A DNA stretch of 64,000 bases, taken from an uncultured Gammaproteobacteria bacterium. Lineage in GTDB: Bacteria > Patescibacteriota > Patescibacteriia > UBA9934 > GWF2-40-263. How positions within the stretch are numbered: the stretch's first letter is position 1; every line of letters begins with the position of its first letter. Both the position numbers and the translations under genes were made by a program. A model generated the notes under the pieces. The model worked only from the letters and a program-made list of their open reading frames with translations. It ran no database searches and was not told where the DNA came from. Below are positions 27,554 through 37,589 of this stretch, in pieces. The stretch spans positions 4,399 through 68,398 of the forward strand of contig CAZIDX010000007.1 of assembly GCA_964538435.1 (NCBI GenBank), given 5' to 3'.

Positions 27554-28090
27554 TTACGGAAGGACGGGTTCAGTCTCGATCATGGCGTTTTCTACAGCCT
27601 CGAATGTCATGAGCACGACCGTGTCTTCGAAATCTGTTGCTTGCGTGTCGTGAATCTCTGAAAACTCCGCATCACCGTCGTCGTGATAGGCCACAGCGTA
27701 GTACACCTGGCCCTGCACCAACGATTCTTCAGCACGAATGAGTACATGCTCCCCTCCCTCAACCATCCACCCTGAGTTTCCAATCACATCACCTGGCATG
27801 CCATCGCGATCATTGTAGATTGCCACGAACCCAGGCTTTGAGAGCACAGCATATCCAACCCAAACCTCTCTCTGCCCTGCTTGCTGATTCTCAACAAAAA
27901 TGGCGTTCTCACCTGCTTCGAGCATGTTTTCGAATGTTTGAGAGCGGACCTGCTCATCTATGGCTGCACTGGTGTCCTGTGGACTCACGGCTGAATCCTC
28001 AGCTTTTGGTGCTGTCACTGCAAGGCCAATAAACAGGAATACGATGATTAGAAAGAAGAATAACCAGAGTTTTGGGATGTTTTGCTTCAT
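27554..28090 (-). CDS. Exported hypothetical protein
   Basis: N-terminal TM helix and an acidic beta-rich domain; TATAAT 8 nt before ATG. Confidence 0.75.
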   Translation of the reverse strand: MKQNIPKLWLFFFLIIVFLFIGLAVTAPKAEDSAVSPQDTSAAIDEQVRSQTFENMLEAGENAIFVENQQAGQREVWVGYAVLSKPGFVAIYNDRDGMPGDVIGNSGWMVEGGEHVLIRAEESLVQGQVYYAVAYHDDGDAEFSEIHDTQATDFEDTVVLMTFEAVENAMIETEPVLP

Positions 28091-28164
28091 ACACAGGGAT
28101 TATACCTAGGACTGGACAAAAAAACGAGAAACGGCTATACTCTCCCCGTTAACTGATCAAATCT

Positions 28165-28413
28165 ATGGGAAAATCTTGCATTGTTACTGGCAAGAAGACT
28201 GTTACTGGAAACCGAGTTTCTCACGCAAACAACAAGACAAAGCGTCGACTCAAGGCAAATCTCCAGAAGAAACGTCTTCTTAACCCAGCAACCGGACGAA
28301 TCGTGACTGTCACAATCTCAGCTCGTGGTATGCGCACTCTTAAGAAGTGGGACCGCGAAGGAAAGACATACGATCTTACCAAGTTGAAAAAGGACGGCAC
28401 CCTCGCCAAGTAA
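28165..28413 (+). CDS. rpmB: 50S ribosomal protein L28
   Basis: TGKKTVTGNRVSHANNKTKRR...NLQ. Confidence 0.95.
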   Translation: MGKSCIVTGKKTVTGNRVSHANNKTKRRLKANLQKKRLLNPATGRIVTVTISARGMRTLKKWDREGKTYDLTKLKKDGTLAK

Positions 28414-28438
28414 AAAAACTCCCGGAAGGGAGTTTTTT
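28413..28438 (+). terminator. rpmB terminator
   Basis: aaaaaactccc ggaa gggagtttttt. Confidence 0.7.
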
Positions 28439-28452
28439 GGTTTGTTGGATTA

Positions 28453-29321
28453 TTACTTCTTGTCTTGCTTGATTCTTTCTATTGTTTTGTTACGTTTATC
28501 CAACATCTCATCTTGATTAATAATTTCCACGACTTTGGAAATTGGCGTGACAATTGCAACTCCTTTATTCACCGCTTCATCACTCAGAACATTAGACGAA
28601 TCATGAACAGAACAATCATGCTGGCTGTCAATAGACTGATTCCAATGCCCTTGCGTAAGACCAAGTAAATAAAAGACATCTGTTAAAGGGTTCGGTGGAT
28701 CATGCTTTCTCCTAAATGGACCGAGATGAACAAAAACCGGAGAACCACTCAAACCGCCAATCGATCTACATTCTACAAGATAGGCCTCAATGGACGTTAT
28801 TAAACCACCAAGATCGGCGCTCACTTTTTCATTTGGCATCATTGAAATATTTCCAAATCGTGCAATCGGAAGATTCCTGTCTCTCCCGGCATGATTCACA
28901 AATAACCCTATCATGAAGGTTTCATCACCAATCCCAATTTGCTCACCCTCACAAGAACAGCCTCGCTTACAATATCCTCAATATCGATAATTTTGTAATC
29001 ATATTTTTCTTGATTGGGTGCACAAAAAAATACTGCAGCATCAACAGTCTCTTCTTTATTAATCACCCACTGCTCAGGCTCGGTCCTTACATGTTCTACA
29101 CCTGTTTTTGTATTCATTCTCAAATAGACACCTCCGTCGTTCTCTTCCTTTTGAATCCCTGCAATAACATGTTGTGCCGTGACAATGTAACAAAAAGTAA
29201 CATCAAGGTCCTCAACGAAATCTCCAACAAAAAATGCGGTGCCTTTTAAACAAAACTTTTCTTCTTTGTTACGTGCCGCTATGAAGACAACACCTTCTAG
29301 TATTTCTTTTTTTACAAGCAT
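28453..29321 (-). pseudogene. Trypsin-like serine protease split by a frameshift near 28947
   Basis: VTAQHV and VDAAV lie in ORF 28911-29321; GGLSGSPV lies in ORF 28453-28914, whose frame stays open upstream as GEQIGIGDETFMIG. Confidence 0.7.
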
Positions 29322-29350
29322 ATTTCATATTTACTCCCTCAATATCAGCG

Positions 29351-29740
29351 TTATTCCTTCACCTCCGAGAAAACCAACACGTACCCATTGAGATCACTCA
29401 CTGCGAATTCTTTTGCTCCGTAAAAGGTCTCTTTCATCTCTCTGACGATCTCAACATTCTCCTTCACTGATTCGTAGAGTGCCTGCACGTCGTCTACTTT
29501 GATGTAGAGCGTCATGCTTGCTCCGATCTCCTTCCCTGCGAGAACAGACATCTCTTTTTCTAGACTCTCTCGCTTTTGAAAGAAGATCTGGACGTCGCCT
29601 GCTTGCACTACGGCCCATTCGAGGGGTTCGTCTATTGTTTGTTCTTTGTTGGCGAGCTGGAAGTTCAGGTTGTCTTGGTACCACTTCACGGTTGCGTTTA
29701 CATCCTCAACCATGATGTTTGGAGTGAGTGTTTTGTACAT
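29351..29740 (-). CDS. VOC/glyoxalase/bleomycin-resistance family protein
   Basis: LTPNIMVEDV and FYGAKEFAVSDLNGY. Confidence 0.9.
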   Translation of the reverse strand: MYKTLTPNIMVEDVNATVKWYQDNLNFQLANKEQTIDEPLEWAVVQAGDVQIFFQKRESLEKEMSVLAGKEIGASMTLYIKVDDVQALYESVKENVEIVREMKETFYGAKEFAVSDLNGYVLVFSEVKE

Positions 29741-29751
29741 AGATATTAAGT

Positions 29752-30867
29752 TTAAACTGCTTTCTCAATCTTCCCCACCAACTCATCGAGGCCATCCTTC
29801 TTCACAGCTGAGACCCAGACGCGGTCTTCTTCTGTGTGGCGCTTTTCTACAGCGTCGATGTGATCCTGTTTCATCTTGTCTTTTTTGTTGAGTACGAGAA
29901 TGCGTGGGGTTTCTCTTAAGCCTAGTTTGCTTAGGATATCCTCGACCACTTCTTTGTTCTTGCAAAAGTTCTTGTCGCTTGCGTCTGCTACGTGCAGGAG
30001 GAGGTCTGCGCCTACGGCTTCTGAGAGTGTCGATGAGAAGGCGTTTAGGAGTTCTGGGGGGAGGTCTCGGATGAAACCGATGGTATCGCTCAGGAGTACT
30101 GATTCGCGCTTTTCTGGGAGGTAGAGCTGGCCTACGCGCGTGTCTAGTGTGGCAAAGAGGGCGTCTGCAGCGTACTCCTTGCGGCCTGTGAGTGCGTTTA
30201 GGAGGGTTGTCTTGCCTGCGTTGGTGTAACCGACCACAGAGACGGTTTTTAGGCCTCTACGCTTGCGTCCGCTGTGTACGAGCTCACGTCCTTTTTTGTA
30301 CTTGTCTAGTTTCTTTTTGATGATCCGTTCTTTCTCCTTGAGGTGGCGCTTCATGATCTCGGTGTTGGTTTCTCCGATTCCGACTGTTCCGATTCCACCT
30401 GCTTGCCTGGAGAGCTCCATTCCCATACCAAAGATACGTGGGCCCATGTGGCGGATGCTGGCGAGCTCGATCTCGAGCCTGGCTTCTGTTGTGCTGGCGT
30501 GCTTGGCGAAGATTTTTAGAATGAGATCAATGCGATCCCAAACCTTCACACCGTGAGGTCTGAGCATTTCAGAGAGGTCGTAGATCTGCCGTGGTTTGAG
30601 CTGTGCGTTTACGATCAGAATAGTTGCACCGTTTTCCTTTGACTCCTCACCGATCTCCTCGGCCTTACCTGGACCGATATAGGTTCTAGCATGTGGAGCA
30701 ACGCGCTTTTGCCACTTTTTTACAATCACAATACCACCGTAGGTATTCACCAATTCTTCAAGTTCTTCCATCCTGTCCTTTGCCTCCTCTTTTGGAACAC
30801 GAGGATGTGTCATGTCGATTAGAATGGCTTTTGTCTGTGTCTTTGTTTTCATAGATGTGGACATCAT
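29752..30867 (-). CDS. hflX: GTPase HflX
   Basis: GIGETNTE, GYTNAGKTT, LFATLD, DTIGFI and NKKD. Confidence 0.95.
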   Translation of the reverse strand: MMSTSMKTKTQTKAILIDMTHPRVPKEEAKDRMEELEELVNTYGGIVIVKKWQKRVAPHARTYIGPGKAEEIGEESKENGATILIVNAQLKPRQIYDLSEMLRPHGVKVWDRIDLILKIFAKHASTTEARLEIELASIRHMGPRIFGMGMELSRQAGGIGTVGIGETNTEIMKRHLKEKERIIKKKLDKYKKGRELVHSGRKRRGLKTVSVVGYTNAGKTTLLNALTGRKEYAADALFATLDTRVGQLYLPEKRESVLLSDTIGFIRDLPPELLNAFSSTLSEAVGADLLLHVADASDKNFCKNKEVVEDILSKLGLRETPRILVLNKKDKMKQDHIDAVEKRHTEEDRVWVSAVKKDGLDELVGKIEKAV

Positions 30868-30929
30868 AGCAATCTTGAGTGGAAATCAAAACACCCGAGG
30901 CATTCCCGGGTGTTTGTTTGAGTTTCAAC

Positions 30930-31904
30930 TTAGTCAGCTGAGGCCACTGCTGTCATAGTAATGGTTCCAGTACAGGTACCAGATACGTCGTACTGTGGAA
31001 TCTGGATCTCCCAGTGAACAGAGTCAGTAACAGCACCGGCTGTGATCTGGTAAGGGATGGTGACGTCAAGAAGAGTTGGAGTTCCGCTAAGAGCAGCTCC
31101 ACCAGATGCGTGACCATCATCATTAAGGTCATACTTAATGTTACCTACAGGAATAGTACCAGTGTTTGTACATCCCATGTCTGTTCCAGACAAGTTGATA
31201 TCAGCTTTGTCATTACCCTTCTGAGTAATAGTCTGGTCTTCGTTTGTGCCACTTACGGTCTGTACATTCTGCGCAAGTGTTCCCCAGTCAATTGGACCAG
31301 GCATATCAAGTGAGAGCATGGTTGCAATGTCGATTGTTGCAGTCATGTTCCCTGATGCTTGGGATGAGTCGTTTACATTCACTCTGGCTGTCCAGTCTTG
31401 ACCTGCTTCTGCACCACCGGCTGTAGTTGAGTTGGCCCAAAATACCACATCAACAGCACAGTTGTAGGTAAGCGAATCAGCGTCATTGGCCTGAGTTGTG
31501 CAGCTTGTTAATTTATAACAGTGATTCGGGTCGGGTCCGTTGAAACAATCCGTAAATGTCCCTACCTCTGGTGAGTAAAATAACATGTCGACGAGTGTGA
31601 TATCACTATCTCCGTTGGTGTCTGTTACAACACCTGAAATATTCAGCGTTGTATTGGATCCTGAGGTCAACTCAAAAATACCATCAACCTCATTTGTTCC
31701 ATTTCCATCTGTTTGATAGGTGTCAACGGAATCAAAGTAAATACTGTCCACTGTTGGCGCAGCATTTGCAACTCCTGCAGATGAGTTTAGCTCGTCTGCT
31801 TGTGAGTTTGCCCCCACAAGAGCCACGACAACAAACAGCGTGATAAGGAGCAATGCAGCTCCTAAAATCCAGTGCAATGCACTTGAATTGTTTGATTCGG
31901 CCAT
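30930..31904 (-). CDS. Exported acidic Thr/Gly-rich surface protein
   Basis: N-terminal TM helix, beta-rich with Cys pairs; terminator at ~30887-30918. Confidence 0.7.
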   Translation of the reverse strand: MAESNNSSALHWILGAALLLITLFVVVALVGANSQADELNSSAGVANAAPTVDSIYFDSVDTYQTDGNGTNEVDGIFELTSGSNTTLNISGVVTDTNGDSDITLVDMLFYSPEVGTFTDCFNGPDPNHCYKLTSCTTQANDADSLTYNCAVDVVFWANSTTAGGAEAGQDWTARVNVNDSSQASGNMTATIDIATMLSLDMPGPIDWGTLAQNVQTVSGTNEDQTITQKGNDKADINLSGTDMGCTNTGTIPVGNIKYDLNDDGHASGGAALSGTPTLLDVTIPYQITAGAVTDSVHWEIQIPQYDVSGTCTGTITMTAVASAD

Positions 31905-32055
31905 AATACGTAAGTAAGAATTAATTAGAAAAATGAATTATGTCCGGGAGCAAGGTCGACACCCCCGAATACTGTCTTAATTGTATCAAAATTTATGTAA
32001 AGCTGCTTACAAATCAAAAATCCACTCAGAAACTGAATGGATTTTTTTGATCGCT

Positions 32056-32337
32056 TTAAAGTACTGCGTCCTTAGCTGCTTTAGCTACACGGAACTTTAC
32101 AACAGTCTTTGCAGGGATGTGGATCTGCTCTCCAGTCATTGGGTTTCGTCCCATTCGAGCTGCGCGCTCCTTTCGGACAAGCTTACCCATTCCTGGGAGT
32201 GGGAACTCTCCATTAGTGCGAACCTCTCGGTAAGCGAGTTCTACGAACTGATCCCACTTCTCAACGGCTTCCTTTTTGGAAACACCGAGAAGCTCTGCGT
32301 AAGCAGCCATGAACTGGCTCTTAGTCAATTTGGCCAT
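32056..32337 (-). CDS. hup: HU-family DNA-binding protein
   Basis: GKLVRKERAARMGRNPMTGEQIHIPAKTVVKFR. Confidence 0.9.
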   Translation of the reverse strand: MAKLTKSQFMAAYAELLGVSKKEAVEKWDQFVELAYREVRTNGEFPLPGMGKLVRKERAARMGRNPMTGEQIHIPAKTVVKFRVAKAAKDAVL

Positions 32338-32536
32338 AGGTGTGGAAAACTTAAGTTTTACGCGAGAATCTTAGCACAAGATCAAATTTTTGGGAATACA
32401 AAAGATTGCAAGAACTAGTCAATTACGCAACGTTTGTCAAATTTTGTGTTGAGTATTTGTGTCAAAAACAAAAAGAAAACGGGGTTTTTGCCCCATTTTT
32501 CAAGAGTCCAAAGTCTTGTTTTTTGACTTAATTAAG

Positions 32537-32920
32537 TCAATTTCTCTGCTCAAACCATTGGTTTGCCTTTTTGATATCACTGGCGATAATTTGAGACATT
32601 TCCTCTTCTCCTGGGTAAGCAATCACATCTCTGAGCTTCTTAAAAACCGTCACTCGCATGTGCTTTCCAAAAAGTTCGATATTTTCATTTAAGAGATGAA
32701 CTTCCATTTTTAGATGGTAGCCTGTGCGCCCATCTGTGATAAAGATGAGTGATGGGTATAGCTTTCCTTCACATGTTGTCTCACCCACATACGCTCCCAT
32801 TCCAGGGATCACCACACCTTGCTCTACCGCAATGTTCGCCGTCGGACACCCAAGGCGTGTTGCAAACCCTTCGCCGGTTTCTACCCGACCGCTGAATGTA
32901 ATTTGTTTCATATCTATCAT
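32537..32920 (-). CDS. Stand-alone riboflavin kinase
   Basis: GRVETG...LGCPTANI, EVHLL and LRD...IASDI. Confidence 0.85.
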   Translation of the reverse strand: MIDMKQITFSGRVETGEGFATRLGCPTANIAVEQGVVIPGMGAYVGETTCEGKLYPSLIFITDGRTGYHLKMEVHLLNENIELFGKHMRVTVFKKLRDVIAYPGEEEMSQIIASDIKKANQWFEQRN

Positions 32921-32957
32921 CCACTTTATACTGAGAAACGAAAATAGGGCAAGTGCC

Positions 32958-33482
32958 CTATTTTTTTGTGATCTTCTTTATGTGCTTGATTGCTCTTTCA
33001 ACAATCGGCTTCATATCCTTATAACTTGATGTGCTTTGCACTTTGCTCAGCGGCACCCACTTAGCATCCATGGCATGCTCTTCTGGGTCTGGGTCCAGTT
33101 TTGCATTGGGCTTTGTTTCAAACAGGTAGTAGTGAATGTCTTTATGAACGAGCTTGCCTTTTTTTTCAAACTTGTCGCGAAACCAGATATCGATTTGCCC
33201 CAGGTCTTCCCAGAACTTGATCTCCATGAGTCCAAGCTCTTCTAGAGTCTCTCGTGCGGCTGCCTCTTCAAGGTCCTCTCCCTTCTCTACCCTACCTTTT
33301 GGAAAGGTCCACTTGCCGTAGGTGTCTTGCATCATGGCAAACGACACCCCTTTTCCAGTTCGACGAAACACAACACCGCCAGCAGATACCTCCTTGATCG
33401 CTTTTTCTTTTCTTTTGGAAGACGCCTTAGAGCTCTTCCTCTGCGGCTTCTTCCCCGCTGGTTGTTTCTTCTTGGGCTTCAT
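32958..33482 (-). CDS. NUDIX hydrolase (Ap4A hydrolase-like)
   Basis: SAGGVV and WTFPKGRVEKGEDLEEAAARETLEELG. Confidence 0.85.
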   Translation of the reverse strand: MKPKKKQPAGKKPQRKSSKASSKRKEKAIKEVSAGGVVFRRTGKGVSFAMMQDTYGKWTFPKGRVEKGEDLEEAAARETLEELGLMEIKFWEDLGQIDIWFRDKFEKKGKLVHKDIHYYLFETKPNAKLDPDPEEHAMDAKWVPLSKVQSTSSYKDMKPIVERAIKHIKKITKK

Positions 33483-34710
33483 AGGTTCCTAGCAAAATTT
33501 GTGATGCAGCATCCTTCTGCGGATCTAGGCCTTCGTCATACTGCTCTAGTGTGTATTCAACCTCGATGTCTGGCGTGACTCCTGTTTCGTTGATGCTTCT
33601 ACCAAGTGGAGTATACCATTCTGCTACTGTTATCTTTACTGCTGCTCCATCATTTAGCTCTCGGTAATCTTGAACTGAACCTTTTCCAAAGGTCTGAGTT
33701 CCAATAATTGTGGCAAAGTCATAGTCTTGGAGTGCTCCGGCAACAATCTCTGATCCAGAGGCAGAGCCACCGTTTACAAGTACAACGGTATCAATCCCCT
33801 CAAGCCGCGGAGCCATGAGCCCCTCGTAGGTGTTTGATCCTTCTGGGCTGCGCTCGATCACGATTGACTCATACCCAATCCAAGCAGATGCAATATCGAT
33901 TGCTGAGGTCAGGAGTCCGCCCGGGTTGCTTCGAAGATCAAGAATGATTCCAGCCACGTCTTTTGATAGCGCTTCTTGAACAGCCTGATTAAACAGCCCT
34001 GCGGTGTCTTGATTAAATGTACTGATATCAATCACCATGATGTTGTCTTCGTCGATCTCCCAGTTCACACTCTCAATTATAATGGTGTCGCGCGTGATAG
34101 TGATGTCAACGAGCTCGTCTAGACCGTTTCGGCTTACGGTCAAAATAACGTCTGTTCCCTTTTCTCCACGAATTCTTTGCACTGCCTCTTCAACAGTGAT
34201 GTTCATGGTTTCATATCCATCGATCATGACCACCCAATCAGCTGGTTGCAGACCTGCTTGCTCAGCTGGAGACCCGCTGAGCGGCGCAACGATCTGAAGC
34301 TTGTCATCTTTGATGCCAATCTCGGCTCCGATTCCTTCAAACGAGCCCGTGATGCTCTCTGTGAATGCCAATGCCTCTTCTGGATTGAAGTACACACTGT
34401 ATGGATCGTCTAGTCCATCAATGAGCCCACCAACAGCCCCGTGATAGAGGTCAATGTCAGAGACGGGTTGATCGTAGTATCCCTCTTTTACAAAGTTCCA
34501 AATATCCCAAAAGTTGCCAAACTCAATGTCTTGCGCCAGGTAGGATGGTGTGTCACCAACGCCTGTTACCTGCCCCTGACCCTCAGGAACCATGTTGCGC
34601 GCTGCCCGCTCTTGTCCTACAAAAAAACCAATGCTGAATGAGCACGTGGTTAGCAGAAGCGCAACAAGCACAATGATTGAAACTGGGAAAACTGTTTTAT
34701 TCTTTGACAT
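33427..34710 (-). CDS. ctpA: S41 C-terminal processing peptidase
   Basis: LDDPYS, PDZ GIGAEI, LDLRSNPGG, SASGSE and TFGKGSVQ. Confidence 0.9.
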   Translation of the reverse strand: MSKNKTVFPVSIIVLVALLLTTCSFSIGFFVGQERAARNMVPEGQGQVTGVGDTPSYLAQDIEFGNFWDIWNFVKEGYYDQPVSDIDLYHGAVGGLIDGLDDPYSVYFNPEEALAFTESITGSFEGIGAEIGIKDDKLQIVAPLSGSPAEQAGLQPADWVVMIDGYETMNITVEEAVQRIRGEKGTDVILTVSRNGLDELVDITITRDTIIIESVNWEIDEDNIMVIDISTFNQDTAGLFNQAVQEALSKDVAGIILDLRSNPGGLLTSAIDIASAWIGYESIVIERSPEGSNTYEGLMAPRLEGIDTVVLVNGGSASGSEIVAGALQDYDFATIIGTQTFGKGSVQDYRELNDGAAVKITVAEWYTPLGRSINETGVTPDIEVEYTLEQYDEGLDPQKDAASQILLGTYEAQEETTSGEEAAEEEL

Positions 34711-34854
34711 AGTGCGTATAGGATACAGCCGGATTAAGATTGAGTCAAAACCCCTCTTATATGCACATTCGATGTCCCTATTTTCTCGTGGTTGAGATAA
34801 AAAATGAACATCGAATGTCTGTTTTTGAAAGTCAAAGGGTGGGTTTTACTTTAT

Positions 34855-35177
34855 TTCTTGGGGGTGTTGGCCCCCTAGAACCCCAACCTACTTTCTTTGG
34901 TCGCAAAGAAAGTAGGCAAAGAAAACAGTCCCGCCCGATCTTGCTTTGCCGGGCCAGCTACCGTCTCAAGCTTGTCTTGGCTGCGGAACGGCGCCCGATT
35001 TTGTTCATGCCAACGTCTGACTTTGGTGGCAGGAACTTCTGGCCTGAGCGGTCAGCTCCTTCAAAGTCAGACGTTGAGCTGCTCCAGAATCGGTGCTAGG
35101 ACCATCCTCACCATCCTCTCAGAGGGGATCGACAAGCTTTCACCGGGCTGGCTCTGGCAGTCTCGATAGGGCGGGAG
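34855..35177. other. Structured non-coding element (hairpins plus ~250-nt rod)
   Basis: cctactttctttg/caaagaaagtagg hairpin, then nested inverted segments across 34929-35176. Confidence 0.5.
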
Positions 35178-35226
35178 TCGATCAGAATTAGAAAAGACCC
35201 CTCCGAAGAAGAGTCTTGCGTAGTTG

Positions 35227-35940
35227 CTAGCCGAACTGCGACCCGAAGCGGGACTCGACAGCATCGATGGCTGGTCCGAAGAGCTTGTCGAGCTGCCAAT
35301 CGATCATGCCTCCCACAGCACCATCGAGAGACAGGTCGTTGAATGCCTTTGCGCGTGCGTAGCGTTCTTCAGTCTCGAGCAACACAGACACCAGACCGCA
35401 AGAGATCGAGCAGATGATGCCACAGACCAGCGACATGACCAGTGGCGATGCCTCAGCCATGGGATTCACGATCAGGAAGATCGCAGCTCCCATTGTACCG
35501 AACACAGCCATGGACAGGCGCTTGAACATGTTGATGCTCAGCGCTACGAGAACGAGTGCCTTGACGACCACCAGAACGAACGCGCTGACGAACACTATGC
35601 AGACGAATGCTGCGAGGATCAGGAACAGGATCGCGAACCCGAAGAGCTTCAGCTTGTTGCTCCAAATGTCTCCGGCAACCCCCTTGACCATCCTGACAGG
35701 AACTTCGAGCCACTGCTTGGCCGTGACCATGTAGGGGTGAGCGACCCACTCCTCGAAGCTCATGCGTGCAGCTTGCTTGGTGGAGCGGACGAGCCCTCGG
35801 ATGTCGTAGCCGATGAGGATGAGCGGGAAGATGAGCACGAGGGTAAGCAGGTCGCTCCCCATGCTCTGGCCGATGTAGCAGCCCAGAGAGCCACCAATCA
35901 GGCCAGCGCTCATGGACTTTCCAGTTTCTCTTGTGAACAT
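35227..35940 (-). CDS. Polytopic membrane protein (GC-rich orphan unit)
   Basis: Several TM helices; SD AGGAGG; TTGACA at 36008-36003; terminator at ~35192-35217. Confidence 0.7.
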   Translation of the reverse strand: MFTRETGKSMSAGLIGGSLGCYIGQSMGSDLLTLVLIFPLILIGYDIRGLVRSTKQAARMSFEEWVAHPYMVTAKQWLEVPVRMVKGVAGDIWSNKLKLFGFAILFLILAAFVCIVFVSAFVLVVVKALVLVALSINMFKRLSMAVFGTMGAAIFLIVNPMAEASPLVMSLVCGIICSISCGLVSVLLETEERYARAKAFNDLSLDGAVGGMIDWQLDKLFGPAIDAVESRFGSQFG

Positions 35941-36048
35941 TGCGCCTCCTGCGCGTGTTTCTGCGTCTTGCAGCGCTTTTTTCTATCATGCTGAGGCCTA
36001 TCTGTCAACCTTGATTTGGAACGATTTTTGGCGTATTATGGCTGCGAT

Positions 36049-37368
36049 ATGCATCCACGAATACGACTTTTACTGTTTCTCATCTTTTTATTCGCCTTTC
36101 TCATAACTGCCCCGCTGGTTGTGCTTTACACGGCTGGGTATCGTTTTGATTTCACAGCGAATGCCATCGTTCACACTGGAGTGCTCAATGTGACATCTGT
36201 TCCTCGCAGCGCAACGGTTTGGATTGATGGTGATAAGCAATCAGATCGCACGCCGTCTGTGCTGGATGATGTCATGCCTGGAGAGCGTGTTGTGCGTGTC
36301 ACAAAGGATGGGTACACGAGCTGGGAAAAGACTCTGCTTGTTGAAAGTCGTGACACTACGTTTGTCTACGACGCCATGCTTTTTCTTGAGACAGAGTTTG
36401 AGATTGAAGATGATCGAGAAATTCTTGAGAGTGCGTTGTCACCCAACGATCACACACTTGCCTATCTGACCTCAGAAGGATCTTGGGCTGAGCTTTGGTC
36501 GATCACAGAAGGCGAAAAGCAATTGCTAACACGTGTGTCTGATTTTGAGGATGCGTCGTATGTGCTTAGCTGGTCATCTGAAGGTGATTATCTGGCACTT
36601 GAGCAAACGGTTGGTGGCGAGCTTGCGCTTTCTGTTGTTGATGTTGGAAATGGATCTACGATTGAGACACATGAGGTGCTGCAGACAGCAGAGGATTATT
36701 GGTGGGATGCTGGAGACAATGACGCACTCTTTATTCGATATGATGAGAATGTCTACAAACTCTCGCTTGCAAACAAGGACCTGGCTGAGATTATTCCTGA
36801 GAATCCGCAGCGAACAGTGACAAGAAATGGGATTATTGAGCTTGCGCAGAGCGCAGACCGCGTTGCCATTGCTCGAGTAGAAGACGAGATCGCTTCGATC
36901 ATTACCTATCTCCCCTATGGCGACTACGCTTTCTTGCCTGCGCCAGATGATGTGGTCATGCTTGAAGATCTTGATCGTGGAAGACTTATCCTGCTAGACC
37001 TGAATGAAACCGAACAACCTATCTTGATTAACAAGGAGCTGACACTGTGGCAATGGCATGAGAATGACGACCTGCTCCTGTACTCAGATGGATTTGATAT
37101 TGAGATCTACAGCCGCGATTCTCACACCACACAAACACTCACACGCCTTAGTGAGCAGATTGTGGACCTGATGTGGTATCCGCTTGGAAACAGCATCGTG
37201 TACTCAGCTGCAAACGAAGTGATCGCGCTTGAGCTTGAAAGCCGCGACGGACACAGCGCAACCACACTTCATGAGGGATCTGTGGAATCAACTTGGGTTG
37301 ATGAAGAGGGAGAGTTTCTGTATGTCACGAACTCGAACATCATTCAATCAAAACGACTACAAAGATAG
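36049..37368 (+). CDS. PEGA-domain protein with beta-propeller-like C-terminus
   Basis: TM helix then GYRFD...TGVLNVTSVP...PGE...KDGYTSWEK. Probable start MHPRIR. Confidence 0.8.
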   Translation: MHPRIRLLLFLIFLFAFLITAPLVVLYTAGYRFDFTANAIVHTGVLNVTSVPRSATVWIDGDKQSDRTPSVLDDVMPGERVVRVTKDGYTSWEKTLLVESRDTTFVYDAMLFLETEFEIEDDREILESALSPNDHTLAYLTSEGSWAELWSITEGEKQLLTRVSDFEDASYVLSWSSEGDYLALEQTVGGELALSVVDVGNGSTIETHEVLQTAEDYWWDAGDNDALFIRYDENVYKLSLANKDLAEIIPENPQRTVTRNGIIELAQSADRVAIARVEDEIASIITYLPYGDYAFLPAPDDVVMLEDLDRGRLILLDLNETEQPILINKELTLWQWHENDDLLLYSDGFDIEIYSRDSHTTQTLTRLSEQIVDLMWYPLGNSIVYSAANEVIALELESRDGHSATTLHEGSVESTWVDEEGEFLYVTNSNIIQSKRLQR

Positions 37369-37417
37369 CAAACCAAAAAAATCCAGGCACCTGCTTGGAG
37401 TTTTTGGTTAATTAACA

Positions 37418-37587
37418 CTAAGGGGCCGGGTCGTTACTTGTAGCATTTCTAGCTTTTCCACATGTTTAGTACAAAAAAATGGATTTAATATCCATTTTTT
37501 TTGAAGTTTTTTGTTTACAGGTTTCAATTTATACTCGTTTAGACTCAGGAATAGAATATGAATGCTACAAGTAACGACCCGGCCCCC
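37418..37587. mobile_element. Non-autonomous derivative (MITE/REPIN-like) of the element at 6563-7474
   Basis: ctaaggggccgggtcgttacttgtagcatt (37418-37447) and aatgctacaagtaacgacccggcccc (37561-37586) surround an AT-rich core. Confidence 0.75.
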
Positions 37588-37589
37588 AA

